Positions 13,211 to 24,244 of a stretch of DNA of 64,000 nt are shown piece by piece. The notes beneath the pieces are model-generated. The model was not told the origin of the DNA and made no database searches. It saw only the letters and a list, made by a program, of their open reading frames with translations. This stretch comes from Lama glama (taxonomy: Eukaryota), in NCBI GenBank assembly GCA_028534125.1, contig CM052817.1, positions 86,740,001 through 86,804,000 on the forward strand, given 5' to 3'. Every line of letters starts with the position of its first letter. The stretch's first letter is position 1. The translations under genes were made by a program, and so were the position numbers.

Positions 13211-14238
13211 ACTTAAAACTCATTGAGAAGTATATAAATGTATTTTTATGTTTTCATATAACACATTGTCTGTTAGAGATTTGTAGGTTGGCTGTGGTTT
13301 CATTTCATTTCACTCTTACATCTTTACAACAATCTAGGAATAACCCATCCCATTCTTGATGTGTAAAGCAGACAGTTTAGGGGATTAAACTTGCTTTCTC
13401 TGAAGTTCTGTTTCCCAGGTACCCTCTATATTTACTTTAGAATATTTAGAAAGCTACTGCTGCTCTCCTAAGTCTGTGGACTTGGCTGAGAATCATTCAA
13501 GTCCATTCAAAGGCAATGGAATTTATAATGCTGAATTTATCATTCAAGATTTCAGTGTTGATAGAAAAAATAAATGATACAAGCCTATCTCAACTACAAC
13601 ATTAACTCTAAGAATTTCTCTTTATAAATTTGAGTGTCCACTGGTAATATACTCAAATTTTCTTCATGAATCCTGTTTACTTTATTCGCCAAAGAGATCC
13701 TATACATTTTTGAAGAAAAAAATATATATTTTACTAAATTCTAGTGAAAAATCCTAAAGAGGAACATCTTTCTTAAAGATATAAAGTTAGCATCTTCAAG
13801 TTCCTACTTTAATATATTGTCCTTGTAAGCTAGCAGTAGTAGTAGTAATAATAGTAGTATCCTGGTGTTCTTGAATGAGAATTCAGTATTTTCCACCATA
13901 CTTTTCAGATTATCATCAAAAATGTTTTTAATGATTTAGACTTTCAAGAACTCAAAAATTTTCTTTCCACAGTATTTTTGAAGGATTCTAATAAACACTT
14001 TTTTATGAAGAAATAGCAAGTTTTTAGATTCTTATATTTCTTAGGTAATTATAATATCAATAAAATAGAATACTTATAAAACTGGAATCTACAATAATTT
14101 TCAAAATATCATAAAATGAGTATTATTATATGAAATAATATTGAGATTAAGGCAGATTAATATTTTGGGGTGAATATAATGCATAGAAGCTTGAAGCAAA
14201 AGATGCTATCAATATATGTTTTGTTTCTTTAATTTCTT

Positions 14239-15078
14239 TTTTTTTTCTATGTGATTTATCATAACATTTTGTGTATATTTCCCTGTGCTATACAGTGTAA
14301 TCTTGTTTATCTATTCTACAATTTTGAAATCCCAGTCTATCCCTTCCCACCCTCTACCCCGCCCCCCCCTGTAACCACAAGTCTGTATTCTCTGTCTATG
14401 AGTCTATTTCTGTCCTGTATNNNNNNNNNNNNNNNNNNNNNNNNNNNNNNNNNNNNNNNNNNNNNNNNNNNNNNNNNNNNNNNNNNNNNNNNNNNNNNNN
14501 NNNNNNNNNNNNNNNNNNNNNNNNNNNNNNNNNNNNNNNNNNNNNNNNNNNNNNNNNNNNNNNNNNNNNNNNNNNNNNNNNNNNNNNNNNNNNNNNNNNN
14601 NNNNNNNNNNNNNNNNNNNNNNNNNNNNNNNNNNNNNNNNNNNNNNNNNNNNNNNNNNNNNNNNNNNNNNNNNNNNNNNNNNNNNNNNNNNNNNNNNNNN
14701 NNNNNNNNNNNNNNNNNNNNNNNNNNNNNNNNNNNNNNNNNNNNNNNNNNNNNNNNNNNNNNNNNNNNNNNNNNNNNNNNNNNNNNNNNNNNNNNNNNNN
14801 NNNNNNNNNNNNNNNNNNNNNNNNNNNNNNNNNNNNNNNNNNNNNNNNNNNNNNNNNNNNNNNNNNNNNNNNNNNNNNNNNNNNNNNNNNNNNNNNNNNN
14901 NNNNNNNNNNNNNNNNNNNNTTGGAGAATTGCTTGTTTAGGTCTTCTGCCCATTTTTGGATTGGGTTGTTTATTTTTTTCTTATTTAGTTGTATGAGCTG
15001 TTTATATATTCTGGAGATCAAGCCTTTGTCGGTTTCACTTGCAAAAATTTTCTCCCTCACTTGCAAAACTTTTCTCCC
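14239..15078 (-). mobile_element. 5'-truncated young L1 with 13-bp TSD, spanning an assembly gap
   Basis: ORF2 peptide [44 protein letters not shown], 3'-UTR at 14250-14420, poly-T, and TSD tctttaatttctt at 14226-14238 and 15079-15091. Confidence 0.92.
14421..14920. other. Assembly gap (500 N)
   Basis: N run. Confidence 1.
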
Positions 15079-15696
15079 TCTTTAATTTCTTAGAGACTTA
15101 AGAATAGGAAATATTTTCTTTGCCTTTTGACAATACAATAGTGCAATAAATATTGACACTTGGTTTTAGGGTCTGTGAGTCAATAGGGAGTATTAGGGAC
15201 TTTGATGATTATAAGACTAGAATAATCATACATCATTTCCCTGAGACAGTTCTGGCTTCTGCATGATAGTGAGGCATGCAATTTAATAGAACACCCTTTC
15301 ATTCCCCAAACTATATCACTTTGGCTGGTAACTTTAATGGTGACTCAACTCTGACATCCCTAAAGTGTGTAATTCATACCATGTGAATTTGATACTGCCA
15401 GATATTCTAATTTTTGAAAAATATAAGCTTGGATTTTTATGTTATTTACCAATTTTTAAATATTGATAATTTATTCAAATACACTAATAATTTAAATCTC
15501 TGTTACACAGACTGACAAAACAAAATCCATTTGATCTGGGCTTACTATTGACAGACAGTTATCTTCTCTGAACAAGAATACAAGAAGGGTTTCTTACTGA
15601 TCATTGAGAAGAAAATTATCGTGTTTGCTCTTTTTTTTTCTCTTTAACTATTGATGATCATAAGGTCACAGTGAAGGCTTGAAAAATATTCCAAAC

Positions 15697-15877
15697 CTGT
15701 AGTATAAACTTTTTGAACTCAATTCCTGTTTGTCCATTGACCAGAGAAACAGAGGTCTTAACTGTATGTTCTTAAGATGATTTGGTTAAAGTGTAAGTTT
15801 ATTAACAGTGGTCTTCTATGCTATCTCTTCTCAGTATATTTACCTCAATGTGCGTATATATGCTACTTTGCTCTTTC
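15697..15877 (-). pseudogene. Exon pair KEQSSIYTHIE | LRPLFLWSMDKQELSSKSLYY(R)
   Basis: Exon 15877-15844 (tatttag| ... GAG|gtaaat), 82-nt intron, exon 15761-15697 (CAG|gtttgg). Phases match each other and the next exon at 13699 (R|ISLANKVNRIHEENLSILPVDTQIYKEKFL). Confidence 0.5.
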
Positions 15878-16109
15878 CTAAATAATGATGACTGAAATTG
15901 TATTTCTCTTAAGATGGTATTAAAAGAAATTGAGAAAAGGAGAAGCGAGTAGTTGACAGCCATGAACGTGGAATTGGAGAAGACTGGATTCACACACCAC
16001 TTGTGCCTCATTGTTCGCTGAACAAGCTATTTAAACCTAACTTTGAGAGTGTTTGCTGAAATGAAATGAACAGCACCTGTAAAATATTTCTCCACAATAA
16101 TATGATTTT

Positions 16110-16270
16110 TTAGGCTCTGAAGTCAAACACAACTGGCTTCAAACCCTTGTTTCTTTGTCTATGTATCATGGACTGTGTAAATCTGAACAAGTTAGGTAAA
16201 CTTTCTGATTATCAGTTTCCTTGTAAATATTGGGCATAAAAAGGCCAAATTTTCAAGATTATAAAGTGGT
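16110..16270 (+). mobile_element. MIR
   Basis: ggctctgaagtcaaac...ttcaaaccc...gaacaagtt...tcagtttcctt. Confidence 0.65.
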
Positions 16271-16740
16271 TAAAGACTGTATCTCTGTTTGTCTATCTAT
16301 CTCTTCTTTCCAGGAGGAAAGTGTCAAAAAAGATAGGAGGTAGCAGGTTTTACCAATGGATAGGATGTACTTTAAAAGACACTGATATTTAAGGAGCGTT
16401 TTAATAACCAGAAGACTGATCCATGCCATTGACTGATTCTGTTGTTGTGACTATTGTTATTTCCAATTCTCTCCTGCCTATTCAATAGTACATATTTTGG
16501 ACACAGTACACAATTGGTAATCAAATGTATTTCCTTTGTGTGTGTCAGAAACAACTATAAAATTCCTTTTTAAATGAAAAGGCAAATAGCTATTTACACA
16601 CTCAGGGAGAGATCAAAGTCTACCTAGAATCACTGATTCCCAGAGGTTACAAAGGGTAACATCTGTTGAAGAATTAAGTAGTTATTTCATTTATTGCAAT
16701 AAGCTCCATGATAAAGAATGAAGAAAATGAAAGAAAACAC

Positions 16741-16869
16741 CTCTCCATGTGGTATATTGGAAATTCCTTAACTAAAGAAATATTTTTTTCTCTTACTATG
16801 ATCTGTGCTCTTCTGCTGGCTCACCAGTATGCCATTTAGTGTATCTTCCTCAACAGTTTGCATAGCTCA
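16741..16869 (-). pseudogene. Candidate first coding exon (ATG 16863): MQTVEEDTLNGILVSQQKSTDHSKRK[fs]NISLVKEFPIYHME
   Basis: Acceptor gttttcttag|TGA GCT ATG (in-frame stop just before the ATG, G at -3). The frame continues to a weak donor AG|gtgttt only if one A is removed from an A7 run. Confidence 0.4.
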
Positions 16870-17814
16870 CTAAGAAAACTTCAAGAGTTAAAGATATGCT
16901 GCGTTTTCACATGGTGGTGGGGGTGGGTGTGGGGACGCACTTTACACTGAACAAAGAAACTAAACCCATAGAAACTTTATCCACACGTGGTCCCATAGAG
17001 AGCTAACAGCAAGATACTCCATATAACGTGAAGGTAATCAATAAGCATCACTGACTTGCCTACAAGCCAAGCTGAATGGGGTTAGAATCCTGAGGATCCA
17101 TGTAGGGAAGAGAGATGGACCCAGAAATTAATTCAATTCCTTATGAGTTTGTAGGTCATTTCTCACAAAAGGACAGTAAAAAGTTGAAGAATGGCAGATG
17201 TGTAAACCTTAAAACATGCTAGGAGTTGTTAGGAACCTTGAGAAAATATCATATTTTCATTTGTGATTCTGGACTAAGTTCAAGTGAGCAACTTTTAAAA
17301 CACCCTCTCCTCCTGCAAAGGTGCACACACACACATCTTATGGGAAAAAGATAAATTGCATACTTGCTCAGGCTGCACATAACTCTTTTCCTATATGCTC
17401 CCTGACAACAGAGAAGATGGTCAGCAGTACTATGGCAAACAGCAGCGCACAATAGCCACAAACTAAGGGGAAAGAGCACCCTACACCTGAGTTAAGAATT
17501 CTGAAGAAATCATTGGACTTAACCGTACAATTTAGAGTAAGTGACTTCTGAAAGAGGATGGGGCAGACATCTTGGTTCCACAAGCAGTAGGTAAGAAAGA
17601 CATACTATCAAATTTGGTTCAAGTTAATGCACATATAATTTAGACTCAATAGATCCTAAGAAAGGCTTGTGCTAGTAGTTGGTCATAAAATATTTTCACT
17701 TATCATCCAATAAATTCTGGATAAGTCTTTCCAAATGTGATTAATTTAGTTGGCAAATATATTAGAAAGAGGAACAATAGCAATTTAGAAATATTCTTGT
17801 TTTGAATAACAACT

Positions 17815-17975
17815 AGCCAAACCAGGCAACGTACTAAGCACTTTATGTGCATTAATACATATTAATACACATACTTGCAATCTTAAGAAGGTACAGTATA
17901 CTGGGATTTACGGATAATTAACTTCCTTCAAAGAAGACTGAAAAGTGAGATGCAGAGATTAAATAATGGTATGAT
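17815..17975 (-). mobile_element. MIR
   Basis: caggcaacgtactaagcactttatgtgcatt...gagatgcagagattaaataa. Confidence 0.6.
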
Positions 17976-18219
17976 ATTCTCAAAAAATATAGCTAGAAAT
18001 CCAAATGGACATAGAAATTTAATGAAGTCAATGTACTTACTTTATTCTCTGCTTCTGTTTTCTCTTTTGCTTCTGTAACAGATAAGAAATGAATAAAAAC
18101 AAAATTTTAAATGTGAATCTTGATTGTTGACCGTATGTTTTATTTAAAATTGTAGCTATTAAAATTATTTGACATATCAACTTAGACATACGGATAACTT
18201 TTTCACAACTCAAGGATCA

Positions 18220-18352
18220 GTCAGTTAAAAATATGTTTGAAAGCAGACGAGGTTTTGTAACTGAATTATCTCAAATGTAACATCCTTGCAGTTAACGGAG
18301 TCAATCGCAGACAAAAGATGATCAGACTCAACAGACGTCAGAGGCGGTTATT
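18220..18352 (-). promoter_or_regulatory. Candidate germ-line promoter (MYB-site cluster + CRE-like site)
   Basis: YAACNG sites at 18222-27, 18258-63, overlapping 18289-94/18293-98 (CAGTTAACGG), 18329-34 and 18345-50. GACGTCA at 18334-40, TTTGAA at 18236-41, local CpG excess. Consensus minus-strand donor AAA|gtaagt at 18041/18040 just downstream. Confidence 0.45.
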
Positions 18353-20965
18353 TTATAGCATCTGAAATAATACTTGCCTCTGTGGAATTATTTCATAGAC
18401 CTCCAAATGAATGTACAAAATTTCAAGCATAACTCTCCTAATTTTTGAGCTTATCTGGACAAATAAACAAATATCAGGACAGAAATTTGTTGGACTTAAT
18501 CAAAACAAATGCCAAGAGAAATGTAACATGACAATTTTTGTTGTGTCATCAGTTCTAGTACTGATAGTAGGGAAATGACACCCTGCTGGATCAAGCTGAT
18601 TTCCAAAGTTTTGCCAGAAACCTTTAAGATCCCCTGAAGTACTCCAGTTTTGTTGGAGAATAGACTAAATGCAAGGCGAATTTTAGATAAAAGTTACCTC
18701 CTAGTGTGAAAATTGTTACTCTCTTCTAATAAAATGTACTAACAGGCCAATGATGAATAGATAATATTTGAGAATGAATGACCTCATTCTTTTTTGAGAG
18801 TGACAGATTGAAAACATACCCTAAACTAAGAAGACAGTTTACAAAAATCGGCAGTGGAGAGTCTACCATATTTAATTTCCCTTTATCCTGTGAAAACAAA
18901 CAAATCAAATTTCAAAGTTTTGGTGTTAAAGAAACTGTTACTGAATAACAAAAACCTGATGGTTATAATGTTTTAACAGTGACATTTCAAGATCTAAAGT
19001 AATTTCAGTATCATCCTCAAACAACATTTAATATGATTCATATGTTAAGCATAATCTTACTCCACTCTATTATTTAAAACAAGACCTCACAAAGTGTGCT
19101 TGATATCTTAGGTCATTTTCATTCCATCAGGCAGAACGTTGTATTCCACAATCATCTTAGATGAATCGGTCTAATGTTCATATATCTGAGAAGTTGAATA
19201 AGCATAGTATATTTTAATTAGCTTTGCAATATCACTTTAAAATGAGTGGTGTCTCAGAGTACGAGCATGGGGTTTCCTGGAACTGAGTATGCTCACTCAC
19301 TGGCTGAAAGATCCCTTTTTAGGTACATTGCAACTTTCTACTTTCAAGCATATGACAATCTGTTCTATGAATTTAATCACCAACCTGACCCATGAAGGTG
19401 ATAGAGGCTCAGTTAAGCCTAAAATAGACATTCATACAGTTTCTGTGTACCACACAGGATGTTAAAGTACTTTTCCAATGGACTCACAACTTCAGCTAAA
19501 ATACAAATGTTTGGAACAGCAGTTAATAAAGAGACTGTAGATTAACTTCCAGAAACCCCCTGAAAGAGCAGTCAAGCTTTTTCTCTCTCATACTATTACA
19601 AACATTCATTTGAACTAAGAAAACAGATCAAATTTGGCAGTCATTATTCTTGGGAAAAAGAAGAGAACACGGTAAGAAAGCGCTTAGGATAGCCTGTTGA
19701 CGTAATTCCTCTGGAATCTGAGGCACACGTGGACATACAGATTGATGTCTGCCCAGCACCTCTGTGTCTGGAAGTGTGGACAGAACTATTGTCAAGGGCA
19801 GGATGAGGGGAAAGGACTGCCTGAACTGGCACATTCTGTCACAGCAAGAATTTATGAGTTTCCTTGTGCAAAAAGAACCTCGCAATATGAGGTTGCTTGG
19901 AATATTACCGGAGACAGGATGGAAAGATGCGAGAGCGATTAAAAAAAAAAATTTGGTTAGGATCACGTTGCCTATATAAGATAAATTTTCAGTGTGCAGG
20001 TGCTAAGAGGACTTTTAAGAACCTATACCAACACTGTACAAAAAGACACCTGCCCTGAAGAGGCATTCATACCAGACCAGTTACATACTACAGAGAAAAC
20101 TGGAAGACTGGGAATGGTTACATTAAACACAAATAAGTAAATAAATAAATAACATTTTCTTTCACCTATTCCTAATTTCTAGTCTCTCCATCTCCACTCT
20201 GAAAGATCCAAAGGAAGAGTAGGAGGAGAAGGAAAAATCATAGATAAATAGACTATGTCCCTCAGACACAATGCAAGATTCTGAGCGAAAAGGCAGTCCT
20301 AAGTAAAAAAAAAAAAAAAAAAAGGAATAGGAAGTAAATTGGATCTGAATTTTTTTGGATTTAATTTATTTGCAAGTGAGCCTTCCTCATCTTTCTGGAG
20401 GTATTTACTATGAGTTTTTGCTTAATTATTTTCCTCAAGACTCTTGTTTCTTCCTTACTTAGGGATTCTTCAACTTTCTGCCTTTGTTGCACAGTGATGT
20501 TGCTTTTCAGAGAACCCATTTTGTTTCTTTGTAATCTTATCTTTTAATCTCTAATGAAAGTCAGGCCTTTTAATTATTAATAACTATCTGGGTTTTGGCC
20601 AACAGCTGAGGCTTTAGCTTATGCTTTTATGTACGAGTTTAGGAGATGATGGACACAGAGTAACTGTTACTGCCGGCTGGGCTTACAACTTTCTTGCCGC
20701 CACTCCTTCCAGAGCTCTTCCATTAAAGAGCCCATTGTTTTACCTTGTGGCCATTCATCCTCTATTGAAATTGCAGAGTACACAGCAGGAGTTAGGGATG
20801 CTCAGAACCTGCCAGACAGCCTGTATATTTCTACATGATCCACATAACAGCCAGGCTTCAAAACTACCCTGGAACTGCCTCTAAAAAGCTGTAAGGCTTA
20901 TGCGGCATTTTGCGTCTCGTGGGTATATATATATAAACACTTATCCAGACTCTGGACGGTACTTC

Positions 20966-21041
20966 ATCTCTGTCTCTCTCTGCCTCTGGCTCTGGTTCTG
21001 GCTCTGGCTCTCGCTTTCTTTTCTTTTTTCTTTTTTTTTTT
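20966..21041. repeat. (CTCTGG)n / T-rich simple repeat
   Basis: ctctggctctggttctggctctggctctc followed by a T tract. Confidence 0.8.
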
Positions 21042-21203
21042 GGTTCCATCCTATAATTCTTTTACTGACAAAGAAAGTTTCCTTGAGACACTATTCTTGC
21101 CTCAATCAATTAAGAGCCCAAGTATTTCCTAAGATTAAGTTACCCCAGAGGAACCCAGCACTTCCTATGCCACAAAAAGTTTAACTAATCAGTGGAATTA
21201 ATA

Positions 21204-21720
21204 TCTCAACTGAAAAAAAGTGCACAACCTAAAAGTTGAGAGTTATGTTTTATTCAGCGGACTTTCTGAGGACTCAAGCCCAGGACTTTCTGACAGGAGG
21301 CAGCCTCTTAAGATTACTCTGAGAGACTGCTCTGGAGAGGCAAGGGGGGAGCCAGAATATATAGGAGCTTCTCGGGCAAGAATCGGGTATTCAGAACATC
21401 AACAGATTACTGCTAACTAAAGAAAACTAGATAGTCCAAGTTAAGGAATTAAGGTGCAAAGGTCTGGGCTCACACCGTGCCAGACAGCTGGCATGTTTCT
21501 TTGCACCTTCCCATATGTGGCTACCTAGGGCCAGTGTCCTGTTCTTTCACTTCCTGAGTTCCCTCGGGGCACCGGTGGGGGTGGCTGCAGAGGCTGGGCT
21601 GCCTACGCATCTCCATTCTAAGCACCCTCAGCTCATCGTGGGGCAGTGGTAGTGGCTGATGACTTGATAGCCGCAGCATCCTTTGTTTACTTATATGACT
21701 GGCAATATTCTTCATTCATA
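21204..21720 (-). mobile_element. ERV1-class solo LTR (MER41-like artiodactyl/camelid family) with 4-bp TSD
   Basis: TSD aata at 21200-03 and 21721-24, AATAAA on the minus strand near 21250, homologous to 45330-45772. Confidence 0.8.
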
Positions 21721-22222
21721 AATAGCTAGTTTATTTGCATGTTTTCCCCAGAAGACGATAAGCTTTATAAGGGGATATAAATCCTGCTTTCAACTTCATT
21801 TCCAAATTTACCTAATCTACTTTTTACAACACTTTAAAAAAAGAGAGAGAGAGAAATGTAAAAGTTCTTCAGTCCATTAGGAAAGCCAAATTTTGATTAG
21901 ATCTATTTGGTGGAATAAACGTAAAAATTCAAATATAATTACACACACTATTTTCTCAGAACTCATTATTTCACTGTTTGTTCTGAATAATAAAACAAAA
22001 TGAGAAAAAAATTATTTTCATACACCAGGTACTTCCAACTATGGAATTCAACTGCCATCATCTGTAGACAGAGTATCCCACTGAAGTTCATCCACACATG
22101 CAGCCAGAGTAATAGATGATGGTGGAGATAAAAGAAAAACTTTAAACCTTAAAATAACAGTTAAGTACACTAACTGGATTTGGCTTGATAGATACAGGAG
22201 GGAAATTTGGAAAAAGATCAAC

Positions 22223-23365
22223 TGTTGGAAATTTTACCTTAGAAGCAGGGCTCTAAATGGAGTGAGAGGGTGGTGATCTCTGTGGACCTCAGATAATCTA
22301 TGCTTGAAGGAGTATAAAGCAAACTAACAAACTGACTTCCCGGATGGGAAACTGTTTGCTGATTCACACTTTACTGAGAATAACTTTAATGTAGAGGCTG
22401 TACTCCAGAAAGGAGATACTGAGACAGGAAGGGGGCAGGGCAAGCCATTCAAGGAATGCTACAGCAATTAACATCAAAATGGTGAAAGATTCAACCCCCA
22501 GTAGGCCTTGAGGCTCCAGATGGTGGGAGATTTGACTCCTAGCAGAACTTGAGCTTCATTATACGCCCATTGTAATATATTAGCATGGTGAATAACATGT
22601 CCACAGGCGCCATGGCTGTCCCAAGGCTAGCCACAAAAGGTCAAAGGGTGGGAAATGGCCAACTTCCTGGGAATCCCAGCCCCTTCCCCAAACTAGTTAG
22701 ACCGGTCCTTCTACTTATTTCCATCTGAAGCCACTGAGCCCGTAAAAACTGGCAACACGAAACCTGGCGGCTGCCGCCCTCTCTCTCTCCCACTTCAGAG
22801 ATGACCTGCACTCTTGTATGGAGTGTGTACCTACTTTTAATCTGAGCACCCAACCCCCACACCTCATGGCCTTTCTTTTGCCTTTCAATGTATCTCTCTG
22901 AATAAATCTACTTTCACTCATCTGTGGCTCGCTCTCAAATTCTTTCCTGCACGAAGCCAAGGACCCACACTTGGCAGGGCACGTCCCAGGGGCTCAACCA
23001 AAGCCTGGGACACGGCCCTCCTCATGCCCCACATCCGTTTTCCTGCATCAATACCAGGCTGATAATCTCAGAAGGATGGACAGACCCTCTAGAGTTCCTC
23101 TTGAAGACTCATTGAGGTCAAGAAGAATGTAGCAGCACCCCGTGAAACGCCCTGATTATCTGTTCCTATTTTCTGTTCCATCCAGTTTTTCTATAAAACC
23201 TCAAGACACCAGCCCCAAGATGGGCTCACAGTCTCTAAGGCATTACCCTGCTGTGAGTTCCTTTGCTGGACAAAGCAACAAAGCTGTCCTTTTCTTTGCT
23301 CCCAAAACTCTGCCTCTGAGTTTGAATTTGCTTTTCAGGGTGCAGAGGCCGATTTTTCAGTAACA
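22223..23365 (+). mobile_element. Older ERV1-class LTR interrupted by a younger LTR
   Basis: TATA-like ctataaaa at ~23191 and typical end gcagaggccgatttttcagtaaca. The sequence is continuous across the atac duplication; the 5' boundary is uncertain. Confidence 0.65.
22420..23050 (+). mobile_element. Younger ERV1-class solo LTR, TG...CA, 4-bp TSD
   Basis: Starts tgagacagga, ends cctgcatca, AATAAA at 22901, TSD atac at 22416-19 and 23051-54. Confidence 0.9.
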
Positions 23366-23454
23366 AACTCACAAACTGATTCAAACATTTTGGTTGCATA
23401 CAGCCTTCCCATGATTTCAGCTTTGCTAAGGACTTGAAATCGCATGTCAACTAA

Positions 23455-23640
23455 AACTCAGTGATTAAAAGCATGAACTCGTCATTAGACTAGATTTAGG
23501 TGAAAAATCCTAGGTCTTCTCAGTTCATGAGTGACTTTGGGCAAGTTACTTAAAATCTGAAAGACTGAATTTGCTTACTGAATAAAGAGAATTATCGTAT
23601 TTTTCTATAAAGCATTCCTAAGAATTTTGATAATATGGAT
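23455..23640 (+). mobile_element. MIR
   Basis: gtgattaaaagcatgaact...gtgactttgggcaagttacttaa. Confidence 0.7.
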
Positions 23641-24244
23641 AATAAAAATTATAAAAATCCATATTTGACAAACAAGAACTGACAGAAAACAACGAGTTAA
23701 TATCATGAATCAAAAATCCAATAATATAACAGATTACCTATAAAAATGTATCAAAGCAATTGTGCAGGACATACAGAGCACCATCGGTTTCAGTGGAAAG
23801 AACAACCATATTGCATCATCTGCTGGTCAGGTTGTTTATGCAAAAGAATCTTGCAAGATTCATAATCTTAGAAAAAAAACATAAATAAAGGCAAAGGAAT
23901 TTTAAGCCAAGGGGCAGGGCAATTCAAGGAGTGTGATACTGGGAATGATTCCAAGTTTGTCAGTCAGCTTTGAGCTAAGTGATATGTCTGTTAAATGGAA
24001 ATTGTTGTTAAGGCAAATAAGAGATTATGAGTTTATTCATTTGAGAGATGGAGAACAAGTCGAAGCTACTGAACAGATGATTAAAGAAAAACACAGAAAT
24101 AAATAGTTGTAAAATTATGCTTAGAAAATACAAATTAATGAATGTGGTTAAGGATTTTAAAATCCCATTTCTATTTTTAATAAAGTAATAAAATCATCAT
24201 TATAATATTTTATGGCTCCCCAAATAAATTATATTACATCAAGT

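Larger units (their letters stand above)
1369..16869 (-). pseudogene. Unidentified multi-exon (non-processed) decayed gene, ~18 small exons
   Basis: Hand-read AG/GT-bounded exons: 16869-16741, 16477-16371, 15877-15844, 15761-15697, 13699-~13610, 12487-12369, 11532-11474, 11328-11287, 10476-~10190, 10043-9938, 9787-~9717, 9485-9450, 7849-7710, 7253-7211, 6227-~6124, 4055-3915, 3447-3413, 3328-3217, 1814-1697, 1434-1369. Several consecutive exons join in phase. In-frame stops at 10415-10413, 10297-10295 and 3981-3979; inferred 1-nt frameshifts in short homopolymer runs. Some junctions do not fit, so the model is approximate. Confidence 0.62.

Noticed and set aside
14251..15066. Long ORFs (185-229 aa) across the first gap
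   Set aside because: Mostly X residues from the N run; the real residues are L1 ORF2/3' UTR.
19628..19979. Overlapping 62-112 aa ORFs
   Set aside because: No motif or convincing splice context; likely old repeat-derived sequence.
20864..21049. ORF with KKKRKKKRK and EPEPEP
   Set aside because: Translation of a T tract and (CTCTGG)n simple repeat.
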